From Octopus sinensis (lineage: Eukaryota): 64,000 nucleotides of DNA. The notes below the pieces were generated by a model, which saw nothing but the letters and a program-made list of their open reading frames with translations, did not search any database and was not told where the DNA came from. Made by a program: the position numbers and the translations under genes. This document shows positions 62,531 to 64,000 of this stretch, in pieces. Every line of letters starts with the position of its first letter. Position 1 is the first letter of the stretch. Location of the stretch: NCBI RefSeq assembly GCF_006345805.1, contig NC_042999.1, forward strand, positions 36,952,001 through 37,016,000. The letters run 5' to 3'.

Positions 62531-62891
62531 GGTATTTCAGTCCTGTCTGGGACCTACACGTCTTTTGCACTGATGTGGCAAGTAAATAAACAATTACATC
62601 ATGGAATTTCTCATTGGATGTTTTGCTTTTTTCAACCAGCCATTACCAGCCATAGTATGCAATACATAATGGAGATGTTAAAAATCGAGTGATGTCTGTA
62701 CTTGAAGCTTTTTAATGTAAGGAAAGGCCTTGCTGAGAATCAATCCCACTTTCTAAATAGTATATGATCATTTGCCTCCAAGATAACTATTCTAAATCAT
62801 TGGATGCAAACAAAGTTACAGGTGTCATGTCAGTTTTCCTTCTAGAGAAATGTCTCAACAAAATCTAGAGATTGTATGTGTACACGTGCAT

Positions 62892-63095
62892 GAAAGGGTG
62901 CAGAAAAGCTCCTGGTGAAAGGCCTGCTCGGAGGCCCAACCTTTTGAGTTCTTTTACAGGGCTCAGAAAAACTGAAGGACGGCTGCATTAAGTGACTCAG
63001 GGAGGGGAGGGAATATGTTGGATAAAATCATAATTAACTGCTGTTTGTCCTGTATTTGCTTTCACCCAAAGCCAGGAACTTTTCAGCACCCCCAT
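62892..63095. mobile_element. Mariner-type MITE (decayed)
   Basis: Left GGGTGCAGAAAAGCTCCTGG vs the reverse complement of right CCAGGAACTTTTCAGCACCC. Confidence 0.55.
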
Positions 63096-63108
63096 TATAT
63101 ATATATAT

Positions 63109-63510
63109 CTCTTTTACTCTTTTACTTGTTTCAGTCATTTGACTGTGGCCATGCTGGAGCACCGCCTTTTAGTCGAGCAAATCGACCCCGGGACTTATTC
63201 TTTTTGTAAGCCCAGTACTTATTCTATTGGTCTCTTTTGCCGAACCGCTAAGTGACGGGGACGTAAACACACCAGCATTGGTTGTCAAGCAATGTTAGGG
63301 GGACAAACACAGACACACAAACACATACACACACATTTATACATATATACGACAGGCTTCTTTCAGTTTCCGTCTACCAAATCCACTCACAAGGCATTGG
63401 TCGGCCCGGGGCTATAGCAGAAGACACTTGCCCAAGATGCCACGCAGTGGGACTGAACCCGGAACCATGTGGTTGGTTAGCAAGCTACTTACCACACAGC
63501 CACTCCTATG
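63109..63510 (-). mobile_element. SINE family A, full length, same young subfamily as 22671-23455
   Basis: Shares the CTGCTATAGCCCCGGGCCGACCAATGCC diagnostic, in reverse orientation. Confidence 0.9.
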
Positions 63511-63867
63511 TATTTAATATTAATGTATAGAAATGATTTTCTCATATTACATAAATACTAGGCAAAAAATAACTGATATGATAGTAAACATTTAAATAAT
63601 TGTTGAACTGAGCAAAGTAGATCACAATGAATTTTTTTTTCCTTCCTAGTTAAGAGGGAATGCAATCCCCATAACCTTTTTATGAGCCTCTAAGTCTAGT
63701 GGGAGGACAGGAAGGATATATCTTCAAACTGGTGACCTGACCTGAATGCTTGTAACAAAGTGGTTTCTGTTAAAGGTGCATGTATGTGCATACACACATG
63801 CATCAATCTGCTGTAGCACAATGATAGTGATAAGATGTGAAGCAATGATTTTCCAACTTAGAAATAT

Positions 63868-64000
63868 AGGAGTGGGTGTGTGGTAAGTAGGTGTAGCAGT
63901 GGCTGTGTGGTGAGTAGCTTGCTTAGTCCCACTGCATGGCACCTTGGGCAAGTGTCTTCTATAGCCTCGGGCCGGCCAAAGCCTTGTGAGTGGATTTGGT
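63868..64000 (+). mobile_element. SINE family A head (internally deleted, runs off the window end)
   Basis: GGCTGTGTGGTGAGTAGCTTGCTT..AGTCCCACTGCATGGCACCTTGGGCAAGTG... Confidence 0.75.

Overview
AT-rich, intron-dominated animal genomic DNA. The (TA)n-laden tRNA-SINEs, RTE LINE 3' ends with (GAT)n tails and TTAA MITEs point to an Octopus/coleoid cephalopod genome (inference). One host gene is supported: the 5' part of a TBL1X/TBL1XR1 (ebi) orthologue on the + strand. It has four coding exons at 26898-26955, 42854-42999, 48124-48274 and 62043-62175, encoding LisH, a linker and the first WD40 repeat, and it continues past the window. The rest is transposon-derived or simple repeat: a decayed Penelope-like element (RT C-terminus plus GIY-YIG), a DD34D mariner, a DD37D maT element, a Tigger fragment, piggyBac-, pogo- and mariner-type MITEs, a probable non-autonomous Helitron, RTE LINE fragments and three SINE families. 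The most striking hidden structure is a set of sequence-unrelated non-coding elements carrying minimal type-I hammerhead ribozyme motifs: 5944-5986 (-) inside a 164-bp-arm palindrome, 13973-14030 (+) in a 364-nt circularly permuted unit, and 53818-53858 (+) in a decayed tandem array inside a TBL1 intron. These look like a Penelope/retrozyme-type ribozyme retroelement system. Almost all long ORFs in the supplied track are microsatellite or repeat artefacts. Exon, TIR, TSD, hairpin and ribozyme coordinates were counted by hand; boundaries of decayed repeats are approximate.
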